A DNA stretch of 64,000 bases from Marsupella aquatica (Eukaryota; Plantae; Marchantiophyta), in the NCBI GenBank assembly GCA_973895155.1, contig OZ316896.1:8081539-8145538 (forward strand), written 5' to 3'. Both the position numbers and the translations under genes were made by a program. The notes under the pieces were generated by a model. It ran no database searches, had not been told where the DNA came from, and worked only from the letters and a program-made list of their open reading frames with translations. Positions 22,964 to 41,249 of this stretch are shown here, piece after piece (within the stretch, counting starts at the first letter, position 1; each line of letters begins with the position of its first letter).

Positions 22964-23951
22964 ATGACAATGTCGCAGGAAGAGCTGGTGGATGATATCT
23001 TTTCGTGCCATCCTTTGACGGACTTCCACAACTCATCCTGGACGATTTCCTTAGGGACGGAAACATGGAAGAAGCCCTTCCTAATGTTGTGTGTATTTGA
23101 GGGGCTTCCATCGGGGGCATTAGGGTGGGTCAATTATGGCCGCATTGATGTATTTTGACAGGGCGACAAAGTTGTGAACATGTTGATCACAACAAAGGAA
23201 ACATCGACTTTGATTGTCGTGGATGTGGAGAGGTTTTCCGGAATGGTTGCCACCTGCTATCTTGATGAGGACATCGATAGCATCATTGAGACTTTCAAGT
23301 CTCTTTCGAGTGAGGAACGTTACCACAACATCACGGGAAAGATTTCCGGTTTTGTGTTCGAATTTCACGCTAGCACTTTAAAGAGTGCAATCCAAAAATT
23401 GAGAGAGATTCTCCGGAAAAGATCGGCAGAGAAGGGGGTAAGTCGTCCACCCAAATCTTGGGCTTTTGGTGTTCCTTCTGGATCCAGACCTAGCATTTTA
23501 CCCGATGACATTTTGACCGTGGTAGCGCCTACAACCTCCAGGGAAGCAGCAGCATCTGGAGGGGGATCTCAAGTTGGCAGATCATCCCAGGGAACGGCTT
23601 TGACTGGTGGGTCGGCACAAGGTACGATTGGAACTCGCACTTCTTCAAAGAAGCAACCTGCTATGACTCCTGAGCCTGCCGAGCCCAGTGCTCCAGACTT
23701 TGGAGAAAATTCCAATGCATTTGGAGCAAAAGGCTCAATCCATGTCAATGGATGCACGGGTATGGTACCAGGAGGAGATTCTGGGAAGATGTGGTGTTCA
23801 AGAGGAGACCATGACCGTTGACATTGGTCAACTTTACCCTCCAGTGAGAGAAAAGGCTGTGGGCTTGCCCATTTACCAGGTATTAGAAATCGATGAGTTT
23901 GATTTTGACTACTTTTATAAAGTGCGTATTTCAAGGTTTATACAATTGTGA
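22964..23951 (+). pseudogene. Hypothetical element protein (globular N-terminus, G/S linker, second domain) with a stop and a frameshift
   Basis: ORFs 22964-23158 and 23174-23821 are in frame across a TGA, then shift to the 23688-23951 frame (TMTVDIGQLYPP...YQVLEID). A likely splice donor GTGCGT is near 23922. Confidence 0.55.
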
Positions 23952-24094
23952 GAATATCATATAAGATATGCTTATATTTTGGTGGTAAAATTCTCTTGAG
24001 TCTAATTTGGAAAATACATACCATTTTTTGGTGGTTTTTTGGTACACGTTTTTGAATATCATGAAGATTTTGAAAAGAGAAATAAGGCTTTGGA

Positions 24095-24700
24095 CTCATC
24101 CCTTAAGGCTTCTTGTTTTTATCCTTAAACGGCTAGGAGGAGTGAACCTAGGATACAATTCACAAAGGTAGCCACAGTTGCTTGTACCAAGACACAACGG
24201 CGATAAGCGGCTTTGCCCTTGATAGTTGCCAAGGATCTTTGGTGTAGTACCCAAATTTTCTTCCGGGTTCCAAGACAATACTTTTGGTTCAATGGTCATA
24301 GCCAGCCCATTTCACCAAATATTCTGACTAAGATTTGTCTTCTCAGCTTACGTAACTTATAACGATTGTCCAAAATTGCTTCCACCTCAAACTCCCCAGC
24401 GTACTCCACCAGCATGGCGTCTAGACGCAAGACCTAATCCCTGACAACCTGATCTCGGTTGGGATAAGTATCTTTGATAAATTCTTGGGTCGGCTAACAA
24501 GAAACCAAGAAATCCCAACACCCTTGGTGCCTGAATGCCCAGTACACGGAACTCCTTGTCTGAGCAAGCAACTTGGTACCGGTCCTCTTGCACCTCTAGT
24601 GGCAACTCCCATACAAAGCCACACTTGCTCTCTATCTCGATCGTTGCTCAACGGTCCTCACTTTCTGCACAAGCAACCAAACACCTTGGTAAGTAACTCG
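24095..24700 (-). pseudogene. Highly degenerate chromovirus integrase C-terminus/chromodomain
   Basis: Across frameshifts reads EFEVEAILD...EYLVKWAGYD...SWNPEENL, with an upstream WELP segment and a decayed PPT-like TTAAGGGATGAG near 24095. Confidence 0.7.
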
Positions 24701-25570
24701 TAAGATTAGGCACTCCCAGACTAGCATCCCAACTCAAGCCTCTGGGCCCTCAGTCTTAACTAATACATGGAGTACATGCAAACGCTCTACGGGTAGTTTT
24801 TATTCATTTTGAACTAATAATTATAATTATTACCGGTAATAAGAGAACTTTTTATACTAAAATGGAAAATAACAAGGGGTAAACATGAAGAGGTCCACTT
24901 CTTTTACACGGAGTAAGGGCCCAGGGACTTAAGCTCACCAGACATTCATTTGGTAAGTAGGTCTACAAATAGAATCTCACGGGCCCGCATGGCCATGCCA
25001 TAAGCTGAAGTCAGAGTCGACACCCATTGTTTGTCCAAAACAATCTCTTTTGGGGCTGGGTGTTGCCCATGCTTCCTCACTTTCTATCCGTCACTGGCTC
25101 ACCACCCTACCCCTGTCCCGCCCCTACAAATGCTCATGGCCCAAATAGCTTAGCTTGTCCCAAAATGCCGAGACCATGTTGGCCCCGACTCAAGCAACCA
25201 ACTCCAAGGTTCCCCCTCAACTAATTGTCTAAGGGCCAAATGCACTTGGAACTCAGCCTCCATACCTTTTGCTTTGCCTCCCCAACGCAAGGTCATGTGG
25301 GAAACTGAATGCGGTTTGGAATGCGGTTTGGTTGTTGTTTCGGCATGATTTGGCAAATAGGCGAGATAGCCCCTGCAAACCCTGAGAATCTATGGCACCA
25401 CCAGACCCAGCTAAGCTCAAGAGGATGTAGTCCACCTCAAGAGCTTTCCAACGCATAGGTGCAGGGCCCTATGCAGAGCATATTCGAGCCTTAGGGAGCT
25501 TGGAGGGCATTTAACTATGCTTGAGGCCATATAATCTCAGCAACAAGTGGCACAAGGGGGACAGAAGTGT

Positions 25571-25993
25571 TGTCACACCATTTTAGGTAGTGTTAGAGTG
25601 TATCGTACTATCTAGATCCGTATGTTTGGTATGTGTGCTATATGAGCCAATAAGATTTCCATTTAAAGGTTTGTGTGAGAGGGTAGTTCTCTCTTGTGAG
25701 GCATTGAAAGGTTATCTTTCAATGTTGAGCCTTGGAGAGGGGAGCTTGTGTGGTGGCTATGGTGGCTGAGAGCTCTCTCTATGTAGCGTGGATTCCTTGA
25801 GTGCAAGGTGTGTTGGCTCAACATATGTGTGTGATCGGATCGGACGGGATTGAGTGCGTTTTGGCGTCGATTGTGGTTCGATTCTATTGAGATTATTGTG
25901 GGTTTTGGACATGTGTGGACATGAGTTCCACTTGTATTCCATTCTCTTGTGTTTGTGATGTGGCAATGTGACTATGTCTGGATGTATGTGACA
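25571..25993. repeat. Possible old solo LTR
   Basis: TGTCACA...TGTGACA termini and LTR-like composition, but the flanks match only 3/5 (AGTGT vs AGCGA). Confidence 0.3.
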
Positions 25994-28599
25994 AGCGATG
26001 TATGTTGTGTAGCAATGTGTATGCGCACGACAGTGCGAAAGACATTTTGTTTGGTGGAAGTTTGTGGGGCAATAATCTCCTGTGATCTTTACTTTGATTC
26101 TCTTAAACTTCTATTAAATTATTTCTTTTAATTTGCACATTGGTGTTTCCTTTTGAGACGGACAGATGTCGGCTCCACATTCTTTCTATTGTAATGTTTT
26201 GACACACTATATTCCCTAGAAAGATGCTTTTCCATAGAGCTGATTTTTAGCCAAAACATTTTTGCAACACTTTGCAAGGGGACACTTAGGGGAGTTGAGC
26301 CAGGGCCAACAAAATTGATTTGCTCATTGTTGTTGAAATTTTCTTTTAGGACCTAAGATATCCAATGGGGGTCAAAATGGCCATCTTGACCCCTCTCCGA
26401 TCTGAATTGAATAAGTTTTTGTTGAAGGATTTTTTTGGCAAATAGTTTTCATATCTTGGCAATGTACCTTATAAGCTATGCAGCGGTGCATTACATTTAC
26501 ACTTTTGCTAACTTCCATTTTTTGGTGTTTTTTGTGTGAAAGTATTTGGTACTTGTGTTTCATGTGTGTTTTTGGCAGCATCCATGACTTCATGAGAGCT
26601 TGCGGCGCCTAAGAAATGTACAATGCACATGAATTGGGTTATGGAGGTATGTTACAAGAGGTCATGTCAAGAAATTTTTTGGAATAATTGGATTATCCAA
26701 GTTATTAAGAGGTTTGAATGGAGATCCCATCCAAGTTTCATTCCATTAGCCTGAATGCCTAAGGTTTGCTACATATAGTCAGGACCTTCTCCTCTTGAGG
26801 TCGTACTCTAGACCCTAGGCCCCTTCATCCTAGCTCCATCTACTCTTGAGATTTACTCTAGACCTAAGCCACTTTATCCTAGCTTTCCATTACACTTTAT
26901 GAGATAGATTCCTATGAAATGATGACAACAAGCCCCTTTATCATACCTTTCCATTACACTTTATGCGAGAGATTCCTGTGAACGATAACAACTGGCATAG
27001 TGAGTCCTTGACCTTTGTCAAATCTCTTACAAAGCTTGGAAGAGTGACACATGTGAGATTGCAATTGAGCATGCACAGTCTCCTGTTCATGCTCACCACG
27101 TAGCCCATGCAACCCGATCGCCCGTCTACTCACAAGAGCGGAGTTCCCACTTGTCCATCTCTCACTCGTATGATGTAGAGCCACGACCGGCTCCTCCAGG
27201 TCACCAGGCTTGTCAGCTTTCCATCCCGTATTCTTGTACAGGTACCCTGTCAACTTTGCTAACGAGGAGGGAAGGAGAAACGTAATGTGAATGCTCAATT
27301 CCATTCGATCCTTCTTCCAATGTAGGAGACGATTCGAATTCACACTTCATGAGGACGACGTTCCTCCCGTACTTCGTTGAGACTTGCACTGATGCCATTT
27401 GGCGCACGATCTGCTCTGCTTGTCTGCCGCCATATTTCGTCGACAGGAATCAAATTTGGTTCGTCCAGAGAATCAGTCAATGCCGCGAGAATTTGGAGCA
27501 TTGTTAGAGACGCAGAGGATTCGGTGAAGCGAGAGGGTGAGAGAAGCGCAAGACTGATAGGAGTTCTCGGGGCGAGAGGGGGCAATTCGGGAGCTGGATT
27601 TTCTGAAAGGTAGAATTCGGATGAACTTAGTGTATGAGGATTTGGCGACGATGAGACTGTGGTTTGACAGTTTCTCGAAAATCATTAGAAATGGACGCAT
27701 TTGAAAGTTTTGTCAGTTTTTTCAATTGTTTGGCGAGGGATGGAATCTTGTAGATTGTCAGCATTATTTTTCGAACTTGAGTAGAGGGTCTGCTGTATTT
27801 GTGATGTCTGCGATGGACATATGAGGACCTGAATTACTCTCCTAATTGTTGTCATGTGGGTCTGTTGAGAAGTGAGCTTTGACTGTGAGAGACTTCAATT
27901 ATACTCCGAATCGTCGCGCATGGAATGCTTGAAATTCGAAGCCCAGATGAACGCATGAAATGTGAAACTCAAAAGGACCTTAGTTGGCGTACAGGACCCT
28001 CGTACGCCAGGCATAGTTGCAGATCCAAGGTGGATTTGAATGTAAATGGAAGGGAAGATTGTAATGATGGAACAGAGTCAATTGTCGAATTCAAAGTTCT
28101 ATGTAGCTATTTCGATCAGGTTGTACGCGCTTCGAGGGAAGCTTGAGCTTTTCTTCAGTTGACATTATTTACCAACTGTACTACATAAAGAGCCGCTAAT
28201 GCACTTAGCAAGTGCGCTGTAGTACTGCCGTTGACGAACTTCATCGTTTTCAGCAGTAATGATTTCACAACTCCTAGTGGGGTGTTTCATGCAGGGCACA
28301 CAATGTGCCGCGCCATTCCCAGAGTGGGAATTCAGGGATCAAACTTTGACCCATGGAGCTACATTAGTGCTTTGGACTAAGTTTCATTCATACGTTTCAA
28401 CGCAAAGTAGGTAAGGAAGGTGCAAATGGGTTGAGGAGTCAGGTGGAGGACGGCGTATAATTTGGTTAGCACCAATCAAGTAAGGATTGCTAATAAAAGG
28501 CGGGAAGTCAGATTAGCATTTTACATTTCGATTTACTGACGTGTGTGGCTTCTTAACACTTTCAGGAACTATTCTTCAACTGGCCCAGCTTTCTTCCAA

Positions 28600-34471
<5,872 letters not shown>

Positions 34472-35751
34472 ATAATGGCATACAAGCACGGGACACGTAC
34501 TCGAGTGTAAAATTGTGCAACTTTTCTGATGAAGTTTTCAGTGTAAATTTTGTCAGACCTCCTTACGACGCTTACTTTTAAAAACAGTTAAGCAGATTGC
34601 CAATTTGGATTAGCGTTACAAGGGGAAGATCCTCTTCTACTGTGAAGAATCCTTCTTATGAGCCCGCACACAAGGGCAGAGTTCTATTTGTCTATCTTTG
34701 GTATATAATTATCTCAGTTTGGGCTGACGCAACAGTTCGTCAGGAAAATAAATGCCAAGTGGCAAAATAATGTTATCTTTGTTTCTTGTCCAAATGCAAT
34801 CCAGTTTCTTCTTTTCACAGAACAGCGGAGATTGAAATGAGCTGCTGTGAGGAAAATGCGTCTTCAATATGAGCCAGGGTTGATCAGACGTGGATTTTGG
34901 CTTGAACAAACCTGAATCCACGGGCGGCGCCCCGATTCTGTTTTATCTGCTCGTCTTCCCTTATTCAGTAAGCTCGCAAAATGTTGTTTCGTTCTTAGAA
35001 GAGATGGTCAAAGTGAGAATAATTTGTTAGTATGCTACCGTTGAAACTCCAATTTGATTTCGGGTTTCAGTAGAGCGATTCTCGGTGACAAGCTAGCGAT
35101 GGGTTTCGATCTCCATCGACATTTCAAAATTCGAATCCCAGTGTATGTGCATCCATTACCTACGTTACAGCTAGAGGTCCCGCAGCTTCCGGATGATCTA
35201 GGCTTATAACTCTTACCTGGAGTGCTCACAGAAAGAAGCGAAGTTTTGAACAAAACAATTGCACAAGTCTGTCTTGCACTAGATACTTTGGGCGTACTTG
35301 GACAACAGTTGTTAATCTCCATTTCTTCGTAACCCCGAATGTCCACACATCTTAGAATCTAAATACGAAAGATCTTTTACTCAAAATCTTATAGCCAAGA
35401 CCCTCGCAGTAATTGAATGAGACAGGGACTCTAAACCTGAGATGTTGCGTGACCGAAGTGAAAAGTGAAGCGGAGTGTTAGGACCTCAAATATCTCAAAG
35501 GCGTACATGAGTGTGGGACAAGATAGCCTTTGATTTTGGGTATGAGCTTCGGGTGTGTGAGAGCCTTGGTACTTCCTCTCGTATATCTCGTCAAGACCAA
35601 GGGGTGAGTGGCAGAATTGCCCTACAAATGTGCAGAAGTGTGCTTCTTATTGAAGCCTACTCTACCTTGAATTTGAAGGGGCCCCTTCCTAGGGCAAACA
35701 GGGAACAGTGATTTTCTTGACTTAAAAACACAATCTTCGGCAGTTGATTGG

Positions 35752-35882
35752 GGCCAAGTGGTCTAGCTCAAGTGGGCCAGGGATTGAGACGTACGAGGCC
35801 AGCACATCTAAGTCTCGAGTCCACCATTCACTGGGTGTGAATGGGTTCAGCCCTTAAATCCGGCAGAGGTGCCTTACAAATC
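35752..35882 (+). mobile_element. tRNA-derived SINE-like relic
   Basis: Pol III A box TAGCTCAAGTGG (35764-35775) and degenerate B box GTCTCGAGTCC (35812-35822); no cloverleaf and no clear TSD. Confidence 0.4.
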
Positions 35883-36289
35883 TTCTTTGGATAAACCAAT
35901 TTTGTGCCGTAACTAGAGACTTTGGTTCAAAGATATCAGGGCTAATAATAAAATGAACATTACTCGAATCCAATCCTGCTCTCGTGGTGGAATTTTTGAG
36001 TAACAAGAATGGATCACTAATTCTATTAATTTGACGAGTTTGGAGATACCTTCTGTATTCGCCGCTTTTCTTGAAGAACTAATAAACCTCCGGAGAATAT
36101 AATTGCCGCTTGCAGATATGAGAATGCCTTAGTTGCCAATCTTCAAGAGTTTTTGCCGGAGGGATTCTTCCACAAGACATTGTGCACACTTGCAAGTGAA
36201 GCCCCAACCCTGCTTGACGAGCGTTGACTGGACAACATAAGAGTTCAGATTCTTCCAAATTCTGAATATTTAGTTAGCTCCGCCCCCTC

Positions 36290-37660
36290 AACATTTGACA
36301 CCACTGTGATGAGAGTCTTTGGTCACCTCATTGGTCTGGGAGCCCTTGATGGAGAGGATGGTTCTTTTGCGGCTAGGCAGGCTGCGTTACCCCCATCGGG
36401 AGGGGGTATGGGGGTGGCCTCGGCAGTGGACACTGCCCCTTGCGCGTTTCTTGGTAGTTGGGCGCAGGTGGCCCCTGCCTTGGCCTCACGTTTCATTGTG
36501 GACCTTCGGCCTATCCTCTCTGACTCGGTCATGGGAGTGGAGAACGGAGCTCTCCCTTTTCAGGTCCAGCTTCGTCATGCACGGTCATTATTGCCGGAGG
36601 ACGTGCAGAGCGTGGTCCCTGCTTTCTAGGGAGTTGTTCTGGACATCCCGGATCGAGTCCAACAGGTGATTTCTGATCGCATGCACCGACACACCCTTTC
36701 CAGCATGCTTTCTGAGGCACCCTCGGATTTGGTACGGGCTAGTCTTTTATCCGGTTCGGGCGCTAGTTCGGGGGCTTGGCTATCGGCGAGTCCTCTTTGG
36801 GCCCCCTTTCGTATGAGTTCTTTTATTTTTACCACATCCACGCGCTTTCGGTTGGGTCTTCCTCACCCTTGCCTCTTGGGTCAGCCCACTTGCGTCTGTG
36901 GTGCGCCCCTTGATGGGCAAGGCATTCACATTCTCAGGTGCGGTCATGGTAGTGAGAGGACTGCGACACACGATGACATTCGGGACGTGGTGGCGGCCAT
37001 TGCCCGTGATTCTGGTTACCATGTCATGATGGAGCAGAGACATGTGTTACCTCCACGGGATGGGGTTTCTGATCGCCGTCGTGCAGATTTGGTATTCTCT
37101 CGCGCTGGTGTTCGTGCCCTTGGGGATGTCGTTGTTGCTGATCCGACTAGTGGGGCCAACGTGGCTTCGGCGGCTCATATACCTGGCCATGCCGCCGCGA
37201 GGGCAGCTCGGCTGAAGGAGGAGGCCTATGTTGTGCGGTACCCCGGGGACCTCTTCTACCCGTTTGCCGTGGAGGTCTTTGGGGCGCTACACCCATCCTT
37301 TGACCGTTTTCTTCGCTCTTGCGCAGTTCAGTACGTGGAGCGGAGGCCCTATCCCCCTGTGTCGGTCATCACTGCATTCTTTAGACAGAGGGTGTCTGTT
37401 GCGCTTCAGCGGGCACAGGCGTTCACTATTCTTCGTAGGGGGGAGACTGTTGGTATTAGGGCCGCTAGTAGGATTCCTTTGCTTGACCCCCCCATGCAGT
37501 TCACACCGGAGCTTTACCAGGCTCTCCAGTTTGCTGATAGGTAGGCGTTTGGTTTCCTGTATTTGGGTTTGCTTTTCTTGGCCCCTTGGTGGTTTCCCCC
37601 CTTGATTGGGTCTTTTGCCTGTGGGATCATGTCTCCCGGTTCGGCGCCCTCTGTTTTTTG
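36290..37660 (+). mobile_element. 5'-truncated non-LTR retrotransposon of the restriction-like endonuclease group (CRE-like)
   Basis: ORFs 36306-36629 and 36666-37544 are in frame across a TAG. Motifs LPPSGGGMG, GAWL, FRLGLP, zinc knuckle CVCG...H...C, HD, RADL...GDV, K..Y and PFAVEVFG. Boundaries are approximate. Confidence 0.85.
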
Positions 37661-39277
37661 GCAGTTTGATGCGTTCATTCTGACGATTTCACTGATGATG
37701 TCGGCATCCACCTTCAATTTCTCCGAGCTTTTCGGAATTCACTCACTTCCAGCTTTAAACAGATCCATTGACGGAACCTCCAATTCGTCACGAAAGCTGA
37801 GTGAAAATGCTGAGTTTTCGAATGCCCTTCATTGCACACGGTTCCAAGGTACAATTAGGACTTGGTTGCTTAGCACTCACACTCTGTCTTTTAGGTCTCT
37901 ATTTCTCTACCTCTACCTACAGCCCTGTAGGTGTCCACTACGGACAGCTGCCTGTCAATTATCAAGACCTATAATAAGAGGGTGCGCCAAAAATTGTCTC
38001 TGTCCTCATTCAAATTTGGTGTGTTGTTTTGGGTGAGAAATGGAACCAATAAGAGGGGAAAAACGAGGGAGAGAGAGACCACAAAGGTATTGTTGCCGTG
38101 AGTTTAGGCTGCATTTATAGCACATTTGTTATGTCGTATAGCTGGGTGCAAAACACTATTTTATGCGCCAATGTTTAGGGTTTGGAATTTTTTTGGCATC
38201 CCTCTATTTTGGAGGGTTAACGTATCTACTCTCCTGTTTTCAGTGAAGAGAACAACAAGCTCTGTCATTCATTGCAATGGGAACACCTTTACCAGCACAT
38301 ATTTTCTCGCACTGGAGATATCAGATTTTCCCCAGGGTGTACTCTCTAGACTAAAAAAACTCTCCTCACCTTTCCTATGCCCATTCCTATGCCCAACAAA
38401 ATGCACATCCAACACAAGAGATAGAATTTTGGATGAAATCAATGGTATTTGTTTTTGTAGTCTTTATTTTTATGGTAGGGCACAAAAAAAGCATGAGGAA
38501 TATTTGGTGCAACAAATTTGATATGACAGCAGGTATGCACATGCATGTCCCCTGTGCGAAAAATTTGGTATGGCGAAACCTGTGCAACAAATTTCCTATT
38601 GCATTGCGCGATACCTTTGTTGCAAACATTTTTGACCTGGTACTACAAGACAAGAAACGTCTGGTCTGGTGCAAAATATTGTGTACAGCACACCTCTGGA
38701 CTGGAGTTATCACATTGCACAAAATAGTGCAAAACTTTTTGTCTCGCGGGTTGGTGCAAAAACTTTGGTACTGCAGGAAATCACGTGCAAAACTGAAACC
38801 TTGAGTGTGCAAAATTCTTTAGTGAGTTGGGAAAAAAAGCTACAAAGTTAGTTGAGGGAGCCAATGGATAGGCCGGCCGGAAATTAATCCACCTGTTCCA
38901 TCATTATTAGTAGGACTCCCTGAAATTTGACTTCCTGTTGCTGGATACTTTCTGGCCGTCAGGCCACCTATGTTGCTGAGAGTTCTGGTTGGCCTTTCAT
39001 TAGCATGAATTGCATGCACGACTCACCAGCACCATAAGAACCAATTACCGGGTTGGTAAGTTATGTGGCACCCTCAACTATCGTGGGAAGGGGGGACGTC
39101 CTTGGGGTGGCAGGTAGGTGCAATTGCAGAACGTTCATAATTAAACTACAGTAGGATCTCTTTACTTTGAAATACAGAACATTTTCCTTTCTATGTACAA
39201 GTACCCTCATAAAAAGCCGTCATGGTTTTTTCCCATACATCACCCAGTCCACAAAACATGTTTGCACTCGTGTGAAT

Positions 39278-39545
39278 GAGGGTACTCTTATCTCCTAAGG
39301 GTACCCTTGTGCATGTGGGTACTCTTATCATTGAGGGTACTCTTATCAATGGGTACGCTTATCAACAATGCTACTTTGATCAATGAAGGTACCCTTATCA
39401 ATGAGGGTACTCTTATTTACTCTTATCTCCTGAGGGTACCCTTGTGCATGAGGGTACTCTTATCAGTGAGGGTACTCTTATCAATGGGTACTCTTATCAA
39501 TGGGTACTCTTATCAACGATGGTACTTTGATCAATGAGGGTACCC
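39278..39545. repeat. Minisatellite, ~16-18-bp unit GAGGGTACTCTTATCAAT
   Basis: More than 10 degenerate copies visible. Confidence 0.9.
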
Positions 39546-40570
39546 CATGAAGGCGGCCCACGCCGGCACAAAGACCCTAAACCTCACCGGACCGGCATTT
39601 TGGGTATTGCAGGAACAGATACCGGCCAAAGTACATGCCTGAATTTACCTGCTCTCTATTGGTTCCCTAAACCAGGGGTGATATTTTCATTGAATCCGTA
39701 CGTTGTATCCTAGTTTTTTTCACAGATGATGTAAACCGTACATAATGTAAAAGTGGGGGAGAAGGAAAAAAAGCAAAAACCAAAGCAAGCGAAAAAAATT
39801 CAGCTTTTTTCGGGGAAGAAAAATAAATTCTTCACCTTAAGGGGGGGAGAAAAAAAACTCCAGCTTCAGGCGTAGGGGGAAAAAAACTTGAGGGGGGTGG
39901 GGAAGGAAAAAAATTTTGAGCTTCAGGAAAGGGAAACTTTAATTAAGATTCTAGATGATGGGAAAACTTTAGGTAAGAGTCGAATGTTTTCTGTAGTAGT
40001 TGTAAATTAGAGCCGGGAGTTTTGAACGTATCTATTCTCTTTGGTGAATTTGTTTTGGCTACCTTGTTCCCCATAAAGGCAAGCATCATGCGTCGATTGA
40101 AGTGCAAAGAAGATGGGACGGTATTTTCCTTTCTGGGTATCGATCAGTAGGCGCATTATTTAAATATGGGGTACCATATATTCTAGTAAACAATTCTCTT
40201 TTTACAGTCAATATAAATGGACCCTAAACTCCCCTACCCCATTCTGGTCTGGTCTAGTTTTACTCCTCTACACCTCCCTATCTATTTCATACTCACATTA
40301 TACATTTTTATTTTTACTGTCAACCCTAGATTTCATAACCTAGAAGCGATGTGTGAGGCACGCTTCACACAAATCAAATTTTGTTTTTCCCCGATCCCAC
40401 ATGACCTGCCAATTTTCCCTTGCACTGGACATTGGCATCTAGATAACAACATTACTCAAATGGATGTTTGTACAACATAACAAATGTGCTGTACAAACTG
40501 CATTTGTGGCCAAAAACTCACGGCGACAGATTGGATGCAGCCATACAAAGGAGAGACGAGGGAGGTGCAG

Positions 40571-40867
40571 AAACCTGGTACAGGCCCTGTATGAGTGGCA
40601 TGAAAGGGGGCACAAGGCAGGTACACAAGGATGCACAGGGCAGGTGAAAAAACCTGGTACAGGCCCTGTAAGTACAAGTGGCATTAAAGGGGGCACAAGG
40701 ATGCACAAGGCAGGTGAAAAAACCTGGTACAGGCCCTGTAAGTACGAGTGGCATTAAAGGGGGCACAAGGATGCACAAGGCAGGTACGCAAGGATGCACA
40801 AGGCAAAAACCTGGTACAGCCCGGTACTTACGAGTGGCATTAAAGGGGCACAAGGATGCACAAGGCT
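40571..40867. repeat. Compound tandem repeat, ~70-87-bp units
   Basis: AAACCTGGTACAGGCCCTGTA...GTGGCATTAAAGGGGGCACAAGGATGCACAAGG repeated about 4 times. Confidence 0.9.
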
Positions 40868-41249
40868 ATAAAAAATAACAAAATCTACAACTATAATAAG
40901 GGATTGTGTATTTTTTTGTCCTGCGCCCCAATACAAAAAAGCTCCTGGGTGGGAAAGACCCACAGCCGTTGGATTTGTTTGGCTGTTTTTGGCTGTTTTC
41001 CCTGATCATTGATGGAACAAATGGACACCCCTGGTGCATATGTGCTTCCTCACACTACCCCATAAATGCCCTAGCCCGACTCCCTATGTGGAGCCCTCCT
41101 TGCACCGTGCAATGCACTAGCACATGGCTCATCAAGAACTATAATACAAGGGTGTGCCTTTTTATGCAGTGGTCGTCATTCAAATTTGGAGTAGCTTTTG
41201 GGGTGAAAAAAACAGAAACTGCAAAAAGTGGAAGCAATAAACAACAAAT

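Larger units (their letters stand above)
20709..24090 (+). mobile_element. Second putative CACGC-terminated multi-ORF element, truncated on the right
   Basis: Begins CACGCACAAAATTACCAATGCAAAGTGAAGCTCAC, resembling the 5069 terminus. It has a divergent ORF pair and repeated TTCATGAA / TTCATGAATTCATGAA motifs. Confidence 0.4.
37962..41131 (+). mobile_element. Putative non-autonomous Helitron 1
   Basis: 5' end A|TCAAGACCTATAATAAGAGGGTGCGCC...TCATTCAAATTTGG is similar to the sequence at 41132. A 3'-type hairpin CCGTGCAATGCAC lies near 41105. The terminus reads CTCA rather than CTRR. Confidence 0.45.

Noticed and set aside
24914-25470. GGGCC-ended segments as a Tourist MITE or the Harbinger right end
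   Set aside because: The inverted match is weak and the TSDs are inconsistent.
26954-27700. Short minus-strand ORFs upstream of NADP-ME
   Set aside because: No recognisable domain; the region looks like the promoter and 5'UTR of NADP-ME.
35752-35830. tRNA gene
   Set aside because: It has A/B boxes but no foldable acceptor or anticodon stems, so it is treated as SINE-like.
38126-38851. Overlapping 120-140 aa ORFs
   Set aside because: Generated by degenerate TGCAAAA/TGCACAA repeats in the Helitron-like interior.
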